The position numbers and the translations under genes are program-made. From positions 248,001 to 312,000 of the forward strand of contig CT868574.1 in the NCBI GenBank assembly GCA_000165425.1: a stretch of 64,000 bases of DNA, in the 5' to 3' direction. The notes under the pieces were generated by a model. The model saw only the letters and a program-made list of their open reading frames with translations. It was not told where the DNA came from and searched no databases. This document shows positions 13,101 through 29,141 of the stretch, one piece after another (positions within the stretch are counted from its first letter, which is position 1; the number at the start of each line of letters is the position of its first letter). Origin of the DNA: Paramecium tetraurelia (taxonomy: Eukaryota).

Positions 13101-15198
13101 TATGAAGATCCAGATAATATGTTTTTTGATTAAAAGGATGTTATTAAAGAATTCAATAAAAAATTAGCAGAGGATCCCAAATATGTTTTACCTGAGGGTT
13201 ACAAAACATAGAAGGAAGAGATTATCAAATTTAATTATGCATTTGAATTTGAAGATTCAAACACAATTGCTTATTCCATTTTGGATGATATTGTTTTCAA
13301 AGTTTGCAATTGTCATATAATTGAACCTATAACCTCTAAAGAATTCTAACTTGTATGCAGACCCAATATGTTGGGGTATGTGGAATCCAAAGTTAAATAA
13401 AATTATGAGAAAGATCATTATATGGAATAAAAAAATAAAACTACGATGAAATAAACTTAAGTTGCATAATCATTACCAAATCTGCCAACTCAACCAAAGA
13501 GAAATTTAGAAATAGAACCTTTTAGACAATATGGTTTGGGAATCAAATTGGAATTGGCTAAGATACCATTTAATTAACCCAAATAACGATTATTAGTTGA
13601 ACAGGTAGCTGATGTTTTGGAAGACATGATATTTGCTGTTGAAAACAATTAAAAAACTATTACAAGAAAATGGAATATTCTTAATAAGGTGTAGTAGGAT
13701 AAATTGGATGAGAAAAAGAAGGAGGATGAGGAAGCTAAATTGAGAGATGAAAAAATACAAAAAAATCATGAATAAGCTAAAGCCAAATTGGAGAAATTGA
13801 AGAAGGACAGATAATAAAAATAAAAGGAAGAGGAAGCCAAAGCTGCTAAGAAGGATCCGAAGAAAATTCGTTAAGAAGAAAAGCAAAAGGAATAAGAAGC
13901 ATATTTGAAATAGTAAAAAGATAAAATTGCTTAAAAATAAAAAGAAGAAGAGTAAGAGAGAATCAAAAGAGAATTATTAGAGAAGAAATAGAGAGCAGAA
14001 GAGATCTAGAAAAAGAAGGAAGATTTCAAATTATTTAATCAAAAGAAGATTGAATAATATGGAGAAATCTTTAAGGCTGAACAAATTAAAATATAAATGG
14101 CTGCTGAAGAAAGAAAAAAAATGGAAATTGATCATTAGAAAATGCATGAGGCTCTTTATAAAAATATTGAAAAGAAAGGTGAACAAATTAAAGTCAAAGA
14201 AAAGGGAACAAGTGAATTGATTGTCAAATTATTTAGACATCAAACTTATTAAACCATTTTCACTAATAATAACTTTAGATTAAGTTATTTATACGAATTA
14301 TTGCAATTGGAATATTATAAATCTATTGAAATGATTGATTTTAAATAGATCCCATTAAAGTTATGGATGTGGTTTGGAGATAGATTCAGAATCTATCCAG
14401 ACATCATATCTCAGATTGAATTCATTAGGGTCTTTAATGCAATCACATACAGATCTAATGAGATACCAGCGTCCTTAGATTATGTTGAATTTCTAGAAGC
14501 ACTCTTTCGAATTAGTATAAAAGGATATGAATTTTTCAATAAACTAGCAAAAAGCATCAAAGAACCCAAACCTTAAAAATAAGATAATTAGGAGTTGCCT
14601 TAAGATTAATCTCCAATCAAAAGAACCTAATAGACCCAAGAGTTTATGCTCAAAAGAATAAAGGAGGTATAGTCAGAATAGGAGAAACGATTAGAAGCAG
14701 CAAAAAAGGAATTAGAAGAAAAAAAGAAGATGGATAAGGAAGCACTGATTTTAGATAATTATTAAGCATTAAATGATATTATGGGAACAGACAATATTTC
14801 AGGATAAAATTATAATGATTAAACCTTGGATGCACTTATTACTTATTTGGCATTACCAAATGACAAAACTGGTATTGAGTTGAGATTCAGATATTTGATG
14901 GAAGTGGAAGCTAAGAAGAAACCTAATAAAGTGAGAAAACAGGGTAATCAATTAATTTTATTTGTTTAGAGGCATCTAAAAGATTAGAGGAAGATGTCAA
15001 TCAATGGAAAGAGATTAAAACAGTGGAGTAAAATAGACAGCCTATTTTATCAAGTATTAATATTGTTTGATATTGCTAGAGAAATCAAATTTTAAGTAAA
15101 GTCAGTAAAAGCCTAAAGAATAATAAGAACCAATACTACCTTAGAATAACGAGGAAAATTAAGATTAAGAATAAGAATAAGAATAGTAGGATAATTGA
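10131..15198 (+). CDS. Large helical-repeat/coiled-coil protein (~1650 aa) with CH-like N-terminus
   Basis: MQIRENLYNWLCSLKV...LENGIAFGQLL; long code-6 frame with 4 tiny introns; K/E/Q-rich coiled-coil near 13700-14200. Confidence 0.75.
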
Positions 15199-15459
15199 TT
15201 AGTATAAATTATTAATTTTAATTAAAATATTAAGTTTAATGTGCCTTCAACATTAAATTTAATTATAAGAATTTATTGACTTCTTAAATTTATCAAATTT
15301 TCTAATTAAGTTATATGTCAAGCAACAATTTTTTAAATGATTTCAATATATAAAAGATTCCTTAATTTTCTTATTACTTCCCAAAATATTAACTCTTATT
15401 GATAAATAAATCGAATGGGTATTTTAATAATTAAATTTAGCAAATCATAAAAAAAATCT

Positions 15460-15735
15460 ATGGGATGTATTCAAAATAAGGGTCCAAGCGTAGAAATTAC
15501 TATAATTATATTGAGTCCTCCTCTTTGTGATTCGCCTTCAAATGAATTTACTCTTAAACCGTATCACAATGACTAATTTCCTGCTGCTCGTTTGCCTACT
15601 AACACATCAGTTCATTGCTTTCATACAGAATACATTTAATAAAAAGGATTGGCTTGGTCCTAAAGGTGTTAAACAGTGATAGATGGGCAGGAATCATATA
15701 ATAGCCAACCCTCTAATAGCTGTCCATACTTTTGA
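15460..15735 (+). CDS. Small MGC-initiated (putative myristoyl/palmitoyl) protein, 91 aa
   Basis: MGCIQNKGPSVEITIIILSPPLCDSP...SCPYF*; GC higher than the flanks. Confidence 0.6.
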
Positions 15736-15993
15736 TATTGATTTAGATAATTTTTATTATTTTTTTATATAATTAAATTTGGCATAAGAACTATTGTCAC
15801 GAGAACTTGAGGAGAAGCCTTGGGGGAGAGATTTGAAATCTTTTTCAAAAATATATAAATAAATCGTAAAAATCAACTTTCCCAATCGAATAAAAAGAAT
15901 GGTTTTTTCAGTTTTTTTTTTAAACTTCAATGAATCAGTGTCTATTACTTAATAATTTGATTAAGTTAAATAATTAAATATATTTCTTTTCTG

Positions 15994-17502
15994 ATGCAAG
16001 ATTTTAAACCTGGAGATATAATTGCTGAGGATTATCAAATTTTGAGTTTATTATCGCAAGGTTCATTTGGAAAAGTGTATTTGGGCAGATCATAATCGAT
16101 GAATCTGAAAGTGGCGATAAAAGTTGAAAAGAGTGAAGTTTCCTACTTTAATAGTTTGAATCAGGAAGTATAACTATAAACTATGAGAAACATAGGTCGA
16201 AGTTCTGAAACTCTTGTTAGATGTTCCATAAGTACCTAAAATTTATTGGTTTGGATAAGAGATGAATCTAAAAATTATGATACAAAACCTTTTAGGCAAG
16301 GATTTGACTCACTATTATAAGAAGCTTAAAAAGTTTTCGTACGAATGTGTCTGTAACATAGCTTATCAAATGATTAGCATTTTGGAATAAATTCATGCAA
16401 GGTAGAAAATTTCAACTAATACAAAATTTAGAAATATTATACACAGAGATTTGAAGCCAGAAAATATCCTTGGAGCATCTCTTTCAGACAAAATTTATTT
16501 AATAGATTTTGGTATAGCAAAGAATCTTTAATAGAACAAAAAGAGCAAAGAGAAAATTTCTTTCATAGGCACTTCAAGATATGCAAGTTTGGCAGCACAT
16601 TTAGGTAAAGAGCAAAACAGAAAAGATGACCTTGAGTCTTTGGGTTATATTCTAATATATTTTCTCAATGGTTAATTACCTTGGATGAATATTGAAAAGC
16701 AAGACAGTGAAAGAATAGAAAAAATTGGTCTTTTGAAACAAGACATCTCTCCTGAAGAATTATGTGAAAACTTGCCATCTCAAATATTAAAGTGATTTTC
16801 TTCATTTATTCTTAGTATAGGTATATGAAATATGTCAAAGGATTATCTGTTAAAGTCAAGCCCAACTATATATAATTGAAAGATTTATTTAAAGTAGAAA
16901 GTTAAAATGATGCTATGCCTTTTGATTGGAACAAAAAGGTAAGAATGAGCAAGAGAATGTAGTCAAATAAATCCATAAAATCATCTAAATCTGCAAAAGT
17001 ATTTAATAAATCAAAATCCTAATTTCATAAAACTTAAAATAACATCCAACAAGAATCATCATAGAAATTAATTAATTAACCTTTAACACCCATTTAGAAA
17101 TAACATCAAACCTTTGTGTACCCTGATTAAAACGATAAAACACTTTATCATTCAAGTGATGATAATTAACAATAAAATAGCATAAGTGATTAGAACAAAG
17201 AAAAAGAAAGCATCAAAGTAGGATATTCAATAAGTTATGAACCATCTAAATTTTCAAGATATTCAATACATAATAAAAGTCCAATATTGCAGTAATAAAG
17301 GGAAAGAGCAAGAGTCTCAACTTTAGACGCAAATCCTCAAGATTACTTTATAATGAATTTTTAAACTGAATAACAGCTATAGGAATTTGAGAATTAGGAT
17401 TTAGGACTCAAATATGATATGCTATACTATTAATCAATTCTTTACAATCACAAAAACCCAATCCTAGAATTTAAAGTAAGTAAATGCCATATTTTTGATT
17501 GA
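15994..17502 (+). CDS. Casein kinase 1 family kinase
   Basis: [59 protein letters not shown]; 3 tiny introns. Confidence 0.93.
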
Positions 17503-17611
17503 ATATTTTTGTTTAAAAATGTTTTCTTCTCATTAAACATTTTAGAAGATAAATCAATCACTTTATTCAAAATTATCTATTATTTATAATTATAATATTT
17601 ATGACATTTAT

Positions 17612-17880
17612 ATGGAATTTTAGATTATCAAATAAAAAATTCACATGAATCATATTTGATGATGAGATTTTGGGATTAATTTAAGATGATTCCCCGTTAT
17701 AAGATATTAAAAGAAAGAATAGTTCAGCTCTTAAGTATTAAATTTGTGTTAAATTGTTAATTACGAAATTGATAATTTAGTTATTTCGCAAAACGCTTAT
17801 CAGAAGTTTAATCTTAACTCAAATCTGACATTCGTTTATTTGCTAATGCCTAATTTATGTATACTGATAAAAAATAATGA
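17612..17880 (+). pseudogene. Possible decayed small gene
   Basis: MEFQIIKQKIHMNHI* then a shifted frame FDDEILGLIQDDSPLQDIKRKNSS..., an intron-like gttaat..tag, and RLSEVQSQLKSDIRLF...*. Confidence 0.25.
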
Positions 17881-17948
17881 ATAATTATATTTTGTCAGAT
17901 TTATAAGTCTCAATTTTATTAGTTTGAAATTAATATTTAAAATAAATA

Positions 17949-18146
17949 ATGGGCTGCGTGAATACTAAAACTTCTCTAAAATCTTAACCTCAATCAACAA
18001 CAAAGACTTAGATACAAATATAGTCAAATACTCAAGATGAAAGTCCTTACGTGATTAAGAAGAACCCAATATTCCAAAGAAGGGCTTCCTCAAAATCCAT
18101 CGTTAGTCCTTTACAAACTGCCTCTTTCGTCCACAGAAATAAGTGA
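17949..18146 (+). CDS. Small MGC-initiated protein, 65 aa
   Basis: MGCVNTKTSLKSQPQSTT...KKNPIFQRRASSKSIVSPLQTASFVHRNK*. Confidence 0.65.
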
Positions 18147-18484
18147 GCCATAAACTTAGAATGATCTTTCTTTATTTTACAAACCTAAATCTATAAATAT
18201 AGAATTCTTTATATATTAACCATCCATAAAATATGCGAAAGTTCTAAATGTGCTTAACCATTCTCTAAAAGATAAATCGAATAATTTTAAAGTGAGCTTA
18301 AGAAGATCAGTTATAAAACGTGGAACCAAATACTAATTTTATATTTTGAGTGAGTTTAAATTACGGTTCACTATAAGTTGATAGATAATAAAATAATATT
18401 ACGATGTATCTATATTCATCAAAAATAATTTATGTAAATCTCTAGCTTTTTCTTTTTTATTTCCTTAAGTCAATTACTTGCTTT

Positions 18485-18703
18485 TCAATCTATGTATCCA
18501 CCTATTACAATTTGAATAGGAATTGCAATTCCTTTGAAGATGAACAGTGCTCCAATCACAGTCAAAAATAAAACAGCAAATTCAAAATTTAGTGCTTCTG
18601 CTGTAGTGAAAGTTCTATAATTTTATTACAGATTTAAAGTGTCATCTAAGTCTTAGGCTGTTTCTAATTTAGCATTATTGATAATTATGGTCAATTTCTT
18701 CAT
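18485..18703 (-). CDS. Possible small single-TM protein
   Basis: MKKLTIIINNAKLETAQ...FEFAVLFLTVIGALFIFKGIAIPIQIVIGGYID*; short ORF only. Confidence 0.3.
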
Positions 18704-18907
18704 AAGATCTAAAATTATATATAGTGGGTCTATGTTTTTTGAAGAGAGAATATCGTTTCATTTTGAACATCCCCAAAAATACACCGTTTAAAAGTTGGGA
18801 ATATTTATGAATTTGTGCTTTTTTCTGAAAATTCATTATTTATTGAAAAGAGTTTTCTTTCCAATCAGAAAAACTGGTTATTGCTTAATAAGTTCTTAAA
18901 TAAATTA

Positions 18908-21158
<2,251 letters not shown>

Positions 21159-21162
<4 letters not shown>

Positions 21163-21787
21163 AATAAAACTAAATTAAAATCGGTATTATTGGTGGATCA
21201 TTTGATCCTCCTACAATTGGTCATTTATTAATGATAGCTGAATTAATAAACTAAAACATCTTATAGAAAATAATTTTGGTACCATGTGGTAATAGAAAAG
21301 ATAAATAATTAACAGATGGATTACACAGATATAAAATGCTCTAATTGCTGGTAGAAAGTATTTGAATATTTAATGAGCTAAAGATTAATTAAAAAATATA
21401 GATTCAGTTTTCATTGATGATTATGAATTATAAAATGGATAATTGGTGCCAACATATTACTTGTTATAAAAACTGAGGGAGAAATATTAAAATGTTCATT
21501 TTGTAATTGGCAGTGATTTAGTAAATACCTTACCTAATTGGGTTGAGGGCTAAAAGTTGATTGCAGAAACTAATTTTATCATTCTCAATAGAAGTTCACA
21601 TAAAATTGAGTAAATTACAAATCTACCTCCAAAATATGAATTGGTTTAAAATTTTGAATACGGAATTAGCTCCACTGAAATTAGGAAACGGATCAAGAAT
21701 TCTAAAACTGAATATTTAGATTGTTTAGGTGTATTAACACCTGAAATCATCGAATACATTAAAGTAAATAATTTATATCGATCATGA
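21159..21787 (+). CDS. nadD: Nicotinate/nicotinamide mononucleotide adenylyltransferase (NadD-like)
   Basis: IGIIGGSFDPPTIGH, HRYKML, TYYLLQKL, FVIGSDLVNTLPNW, ISSTEIRKRI, EYIKVNNLY; one 20-nt intron. Confidence 0.92.
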
Positions 21788-21842
21788 TGAAATATATTAA
21801 TTTATATAATGATAATATGGTGCAATGAGATAATTAGATATA

Positions 21843-22649
21843 TCAAATGTAATTTTTATAAACAATACTAACATCATCATTCAAACTATTATTATCTGTT
21901 CAAAAGTATTTTACATTTTATCCAAAGCTTGCCAGTTCTTTATAGTATCTATTAAATAAAGTATCAACATGCTTTGTCTTTTCCTCATATTGTTGGTTGA
22001 TCTGAGATTTTTAGATACACCTTTTAACATGATTGATTGTAAATTATTCAATTTTTTGTAAAATTGGTTTTTGTATATTAGTTAGATTTTGCAATAACTT
22101 TCCTTTACCTACTAAATCATCAAGAAAAGCCTAAAATGTAAAATGAAATTGTTTATCATTTTTTATAAATTTGTTAATCAAAGTATTCGTAAGCTGTAAT
22201 TCTTCAAACTAATCTCTTAAGTTCTTGCATTTGGTTAAAACTAAATTAAGTGCATTACTCAAATCAACAGGGTCACTTCCTTCTAATTATAATTATGTAT
22301 TAGGTTTCAAAGGTTTGATTGAACCTTATCTTAATGAGGCCCTTCTGAAAACATTACTTTATTCAGTAGCTTCTTCAGTCGGTTTATTGATGGTCTATTT
22401 CATAGAAACTATGCGATTCTATGTTTAAGCATTGGATTTAAACGTCGGCTTTTTAATTATAGTAATTTTAGTATGCTAAGTTTTTGATGTTTCTCCACCA
22501 GGAGAGTTTTTTCCACTCAAAGTAGAATCATTAATTTTATTTTCCTCCGCTTCTAAATTAATCCTAGAATCACCCAATTTTTTTAGTTCTTTAATTGTTT
22601 TAACTGTTGTAGATTATATAATGTTCTAATCAATACTAGGTTAATACAT
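21843..22649 (-). CDS. Hypothetical protein (268 aa)
   Basis: Continuous code-6 frame MYQPSIDQNIIQSTT...VYKNYI*. Confidence 0.6.
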
Positions 22650-22923
22650 TAATTAAAATTTAATTAATTCAATTATATGTGTAAATATGTAAAAAAATCG
22701 ACATATATTTGATCAATTCTTTAAATAGTCTCTAAATTTAAAATGAATAAATGAAATTTTTTAGAATTCGTAATAATTTATTATTTAATTATATACTCAA
22801 AATAATATCAGAATTATTAATAAAATTATCATTGTTTTAATTGAAATTGTTTAAAATAAATATCATGATTTATTATCTATAAGATTTAATCCTGATAAAG
22901 TTTGAAATTTTATTTATTATTTT

Positions 22924-23235
22924 ATGGAGAAAAAGTCTTAAAAATAATTATCCTTAGATACATCATATGATGATTATAATTTAAGAGAAGATGAAGAATA
23001 CTCAGATGATGATAGAGGAAAATCAAAAAAGTTGGATTTCAGAAGCAAGCAAACGAAAAAACTAGAGAAACAATTAATAAAATTAGATAAAGTGTAGAAC
23101 TCCTAGCAACCAGTGAGCATGGAAATATACTATTTACTTAAATTCTAATAGAACTTAATTTATTAAGTTACAAGTCTTCACACCAGAATTATGAGAATAA
23201 TTGAGAACTAGTTTGATTATTCCACGTTATTATGA
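22924..23235 (+). CDS. Small hypothetical protein with acidic N-terminus
   Basis: MEKKSQKQLSLDTSYDDYNLREDEEYSDDD...FDYSTLL*. Confidence 0.6.
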
Positions 23236-23426
23236 TTAATAGATTAATATTATAATGCCATTTTCAATTTTATAATTCTCCAAAGTAATTGATTTTGTGT
23301 ATTGTTATATTTAGTTGATAATTAACTTCAATTTAAAAGGCCTAACAACTCTTGGTATCTAAGTAACATAAACTTGATTCCAAATATTTTAATTTTAATC
23401 ATCTAAATATTTTCATAATACAAGGT

Positions 23427-23922
23427 TCAATAAATTTTACTAAACAAATCATATTCGTAATCATCATTACTTTTGAATGGTTTTAGAGTTTCAATTATAT
23501 CTATTTTTGATTAACAAATATTATAAACATAATCAACAAAATCATAAAACTCATCTATAAATAAAACCTAGCCAAACTTATTGAATTAAATACACTGCCG
23601 ATAAAGATTTTACAAGCAATATACTGAAATGAATAAATTCTTAAACCTTAGATTATTAATTGAGTAATTTTAGTTTTTATCTTGTTACAAAGGAGTCTTC
23701 TTCAAAGATATTTGCTAAAGAACAACATAAGCCTATAAGCATTATCCTTGACTCCGTGATTTAATGGCAAAGCTGTTTTGGAAAGAGCTGATCCTAAAAC
23801 TATTCAAAGAATAGCAATTTGTTTTTTTAAATCTACTATTGTTAGAATTCATTTAAATTTCTTAGTGCAGAATTGCCTTTGAAGAATCATCTAATTCTAG
23901 AATGTAAAATACATAGATCCAT
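23427..23922 (-). CDS. Possible hypothetical protein
   Basis: ATG + 22-nt intron, then an open frame of ~155 codons; no recognisable motif. Confidence 0.35.
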
Positions 23923-23940
23923 TAATTATATTAATTAAAA

Positions 23941-24361
23941 TCAGTTTGAGTTACTACTATATTGGAATCTAAACTGATCAAGAACTTGACCAATTTTATC
24001 CTGATTCATCACCATGCCATGTTTGATCTTCATGTGTTACATCAATGAACCCTCAGATCCATAGGATTTATTACAATTAGAGATTGTGCATACATGACTT
24101 CTAGGAATTTCAACAGCACTTCTCCTATTCCTTTTCCGTTTATCCTCCAGTGATATATCACTCTCTTAGTCCTCTAAAACTTAGAATTTTTACAATTTAG
24201 ACTTAATCTCATTTTTTTCCTAGTTCACCCTTTCTAACTAATTCTAAATACTAATTATTTACATAAGAATGTAAAACAATATTGTAGTAATATAGCCTAA
24301 TTGATTCCTTATAATAGTCAATTGGTCCCTGATCCTATTCAAAATTCTCGCTTTAGTCCAT
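23941..24361 (-). CDS. Single C2H2 zinc-finger protein
   Basis: KRKRNRRSAVEIPRSHVCTISNCNKSYGSEGSLMQHMKIKH; one 25-nt intron. Confidence 0.85.
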
Positions 24362-25341
24362 TCTGAAATACTTTTTTTTTTTATTAATGAATCTAATTTA
24401 TATGTTTTTTTAAAACCTTAGCAAATTTTCGAATAAATAATTAATTGTATTGTTTGCCACAAAGTAAACTGAAAAAAATATGGTTCTTATTTCTTTTTGA
24501 AACAGTTCCTTCCACTCATATATCAATTGCCCTGTAGCTGCAAACCCAAAATTTAGTATATCCACAACATTCCCACCTTTAGAATAGCATCATTATCAGA
24601 CAAATAAAAAAATTCTCTAAACCTTCTATTTCTTATAAACAAGCAAAGTTAATCTGTTTCCTAGAAATATCAATCAACGTTAATGGAAAGCTAACATCAT
24701 TCTCTTTTTCCTCTCAAATACTGCTATTTATGAATAATTGAGTAAGTCGAAATTTTATCTATATAATTGTGAATTCGTACATATTACAAATGATATTCAG
24801 AGTTCCTATCCCAATAGGATTCAAACATACTTTATTTGAATATTATTTCTTTTACTCATTTGTGGAAATTTTTACCTCAAATTTATAATTATAAAATGTA
24901 AACATATAAAGAATTTTAACTAATGATAAGCAAGCATTCATATATATCATGAAATATTTTAAAGAACATTTATTTAAGTTAAAAATAATTTAAACTCTCT
25001 AAAAGGGCTAAAAATATAGTATTTGGAAATATTGATCAAATAATCTATGAAATCATATTTATGGAGAAAACCCAACGTTGTTAAGCAATTCATAAAATTA
25101 CTAATATCCGATCATAAAATGATTTTGCAAACAATATGGAATATTAGAATTATATTAAATAGTGAACAAATATAGTTTTTTTGTGTATTTCTTTGAATAT
25201 GCCTCCAAATCCAATAACCTGTCTTAAGAATGAGTTATTTAATTTCTACTTTCAAATTTGATTGTTCATTCAAATAAATTAATGTATTATTCTTACACTA
25301 TACATCTGTAAATAATATTAATTATATACGTAATTAAATTG

Positions 25342-26753
25342 ATGTCTAACACCATCTATTCTTTATAAGAGTTTAGAAACTTAGATGTTAATAGCATGAT
25401 CTAAGCATATGATTAAGGCCTATAACATATTAATGAACTCTAAATTTAAATTGAGCAATTAGAGAAAAGTGCAATCGATATCATAGTTGAAAAAGATTAG
25501 ATGATAGAACAATTAGAATTACAATTGCAACACTCTTCCAGAAGACCCAGTCTAAACAATCAAGAAGAAGTGAGTCAATATAAGAAGTAACTAATTTTAG
25601 TTCATTCTAGTCATATTTAGGAATTGTAAACTAGATTGGAACATCTGCAAACCAAACATTATGAATAGTTGTAAGAATAAGAAAAAGTGTGGAACTAATA
25701 TTTATTAGATTAAATTGCATAGAATGAATTTACAGTGGATCAAAAATTAAAGAGTCATTTAGAATAAATATTTATCTTAGAAGATAAAATAAACAAGCTA
25801 GAGAATGAAGTAAAACATTGATTTTAAGGTAGTTAGAAATTAAGGAAAACATGCACATCTCTTTAATAAATTAAAATAAACAATTTAAAGAAAGTAATTC
25901 TAAATTGGAAGAAATTCAAATTACCTAAAATAGATAAATACTTAGATTGCAAATAGAAATTGAGTAATTACAATCCAACAACTGCAAAGAAAAAGATCAA
26001 TTTTTAGAGTAAATTAATGTAATAGATTTTTCATTAATATAGAATAATAATTAAGAACTTTAGGAATTGTTATCTCAGACTTCTTCATTCAAAATCTAAA
26101 ATCAGAAATTAAATAATCAAAATAAGATCTACACTAGTACGATCAATGAGTTGATGGTAAAGAAAGCAGAGTTAGAATTACTTATTTAGACATAAAAATA
26201 TGAGAAATAAGAGTCAATTGGAAATGGCAAAACAGGAGCATTCTCCTCAATTGATTAATAAGGAGACAATCATTATATTAGAGAAGACATCAACACAACA
26301 GCATTTGATATCAATGAAGATGAGATCAAATAAGAGTTGGCATCTTTCTAATTTGATGAGAACAATGTTAATTTTAATCATTTAAAAAAAAGCCATTCTA
26401 ATTATTCTTTTCATTCAGAGAAAAAAGATCCTACTGAATTAGAAAACCATCTCAAAAATTCAATAAAAACAATTAGATAATTAAATGCTTAAGTGCAATT
26501 ACTAACTTAACAAATAAAAATCTAGAAAAGATAAAGCTTGAATTAAAAAAACGCTAAAGAATACTTAAATATTATGGAGTAGAACTACAAAAATTCAGTC
26601 TAATTGAAATAAGAGTAAATGAAGACTTTAGAAGACAAGTTAACAATATAAAATTAAGAAATAGTGTATTTAAAACAAAAAGTAAAATAGTATACTCAAA
26701 AACTCATAAAATATAACAAAAGATTAATCAATAACAATAACTAAAGCAAATGA
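25342..26753 (+). CDS. Coiled-coil protein
   Basis: Q/E/K/L heptad-rich code-6 frame with tiny introns. Confidence 0.65.
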
Positions 26754-26836
26754 ACTTTATTCATACTTAATCTATAAATTGGGTAGGATTATTGCTATCT
26801 ATATTTTTTATATCTGGTAATATTAATATCTAAAAT

Positions 26837-28227
26837 TCACAAAATCATCGATTCTATTGCCGTCATCATGGATTCTAAAGTACCTGCGAGATCTTATCTT
26901 GCCTCAGGATTCAATTCATCATAAATCTACTTAGTATCTTTAAATTTCTAAGAAAGATTTAATGAATTTTACTTGAATCTATGGAAGCAATGTTTATAGG
27001 GAAGAGTAATCATTATTGCTCACTTTAATGTTTATTATTTCTTACAACTTTTTACTGGCTGCTTAAAATCGATTTTCATCTATTTCTTTCAATACATTCT
27101 CTTCAACTGTTTCTTAAATTGTTTCTTAGAGAGCTTATTAGAGGGCTAATTAAATGGCTTTAAGTTAATCTTCTTTGTATTTATCAATATCCTTTCGATA
27201 CTTCTTCTTTAATAATTACAAATGTTCCTTATTTTAACTGCATGTCCAAGAATTATTGTCATTCTTCAGGTATTTTTCAAAATTTCTGGTAACTTTTACT
27301 TATTTTGTATCTGAGTTTGAAAAGTAAATCACGGCTTAGTTAGGATTCTAATCCAATTTTCTGAATCCTTTTTTGATAGAATAGAATTCTGGATGCCTAT
27401 TTTCATTTAAAGAAGGCGCAGTTAATTGGTTAATTTTATCAATATTTTCAAATGTAGTTGCTTATAGCGATTCTTACAAATTAACACCACCAATAACTAC
27501 AAAGTAATTGAGTCCAATCTTTTATTTTTTATCTGTTTGAAGTTCATGAATTTCGACTTACTTGGTATCCCCCACAACTTCTCCTAAACAATATAATATG
27601 CCATACTACCTTGGTTTTTTGTAACCGGAAGAGGTGCATCATTTGATTATTACTTTTATGAACCTAGATTCTGACAATTTGTAACGTTGCCTGCTTATTA
27701 CATTTATTATTAAGCGGGAACTTAAAATTATTATTATACTGGTCGCGGCGGTGGAGGAGGCATTATGTTTTGTTTAGCTGGAGGAGGAGGTGGAGGTGGT
27801 GGAGGAGGAGGTAGGTTCTACACAGGTGGAGGAGGTTAATAGGCTGGCTTTGTTGGAGTTGAGTTAGGTGGATTGGTTGTTGATTTAGCAGCAGGAGGAC
27901 CAGGAGGTTTAGGAGGTGGAGGAAGTGGCTTTAATAATAATATGAGAATTTGTATACAGCTCCTTTGGGAGGAGGAGGAGGTGGTGGAGGTGGGGGAGGA
28001 GGAGGAGCAGCTTTATTCACTATGACTTGAGTATTAGGAGGGGCTGTTTGTTATGATTATGCAAGTCCTGGTTCTTATTAATTGAGCATGGCAAGTTTAG
28101 CTTAGAAATCTGCAGAATTAGTGGGTGGAGGAGGCGGCTTATTCTTAGCTTCAAAAGCTGCTCTCTCTTCTGGAGTCATTCTTTGCAAGGCCAATTTAGT
28201 CTATTTTGCTTACAATTCTGCCAACAT
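26837..28227 (-). CDS. Polyproline-rich protein
   Basis: MLAELQAKQTKLALQRM...AAPPPPPPPPPPPPKGA...; several poly-Pro tracts at 27740-28140. Confidence 0.75.
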
Positions 28228-28295
28228 AGATTTAAAAATAATAGAAAATATGCAAATTCTATAATTATGATAAATCATGATAATAGAGTCGATTT

Positions 28296-29141
28296 TCAGA
28301 TTCTACTAGCATCTACTTTGATTTTTGTAAATATTTCTTGCTCTTTATCCAAATCAATTAGAGGAAGATTGTTAAGTTAAGCAAGTAATTTATTTTTTCT
28401 ATCATTATTTTAGGGCATTTATTGTTTTTATTGCATTCCTTCTTCTTCTTTTTCGAGAATTTATAACCTAGCTTAAACTACTTCGAGCATTTATTAAATT
28501 TAATCTAGTTTCTATTAATCTAATAGTATTGATAAATAGATATACTTGGATTATCAAAAGAGATTTGCATAGCTTATTTTAATTCAAGTGAGTCTTGAAG
28601 TTATTCATATTCCAATTTGATTTTTAAAATGAGCATTTTTTAGGCCTATTCTGCTTGAGGATCTTCTTCTTATTCGTCTTCATCATCTTCTTCATCTTCA
28701 GCATCATCAACTAATTATTGATAGGCTGCTATTTCTCTTCGTTTATTTTAATAGGACATTTCTGCTTTGAAAACTTGAAAGTCTCCCAAGGCTAGCAATT
28801 ATTAGACATCAATTTCTTCTTCTTCATCACTATTAAGTATTTCTTTGATAACCTGTATAATGAGGATTACGATAATTACTTTGATTTGCAATTCATCGGA
28901 ATTGTCTAAGCCTAGAGAGCTGAAGAAGGAGTCATAGACAGCTGCCATTTCAGTTTGAAATTGCTTGAAGAAATTATTTTGTTGAATTGAGTTTTCTTCA
29001 TCGTCGTCGAAATAGATGCAATATTCATCAACAAAGGAATTATATTGATTTTGCCATATGGGACTTGCCAACATTGAGAGAATGACTTCTTTTACAGTCG
29101 ACTAATATGAGATTGGGAATATATACATAATCTGAAGACAT
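28296..29141 (-). CDS. CFAP36: BART-domain protein, CFAP36/CCDC104-like
   Basis: LASPIWQNQYNSFVDEYCIYFDDDEENS...LLALGDFQVFKAEM, then coiled-coil. Confidence 0.7.

Noticed and set aside
24370..24860. Minus-strand frame that seems to continue through TGA codons (also at ~18485 and ~23427), suggesting UGA=Trp/Sec readthrough
   Set aside because: With TGA as the only stop, long open frames occur by chance. No recognisable homology or SECIS, and conserved genes here use TGG for Trp and TGA as stop.
27740..28140. GGA/GGT-rich tract as telomeric repeat or G-quadruplex element
   Set aside because: Fully explained as antisense of poly-Pro codons; not G4T2/G3T3 repeats.
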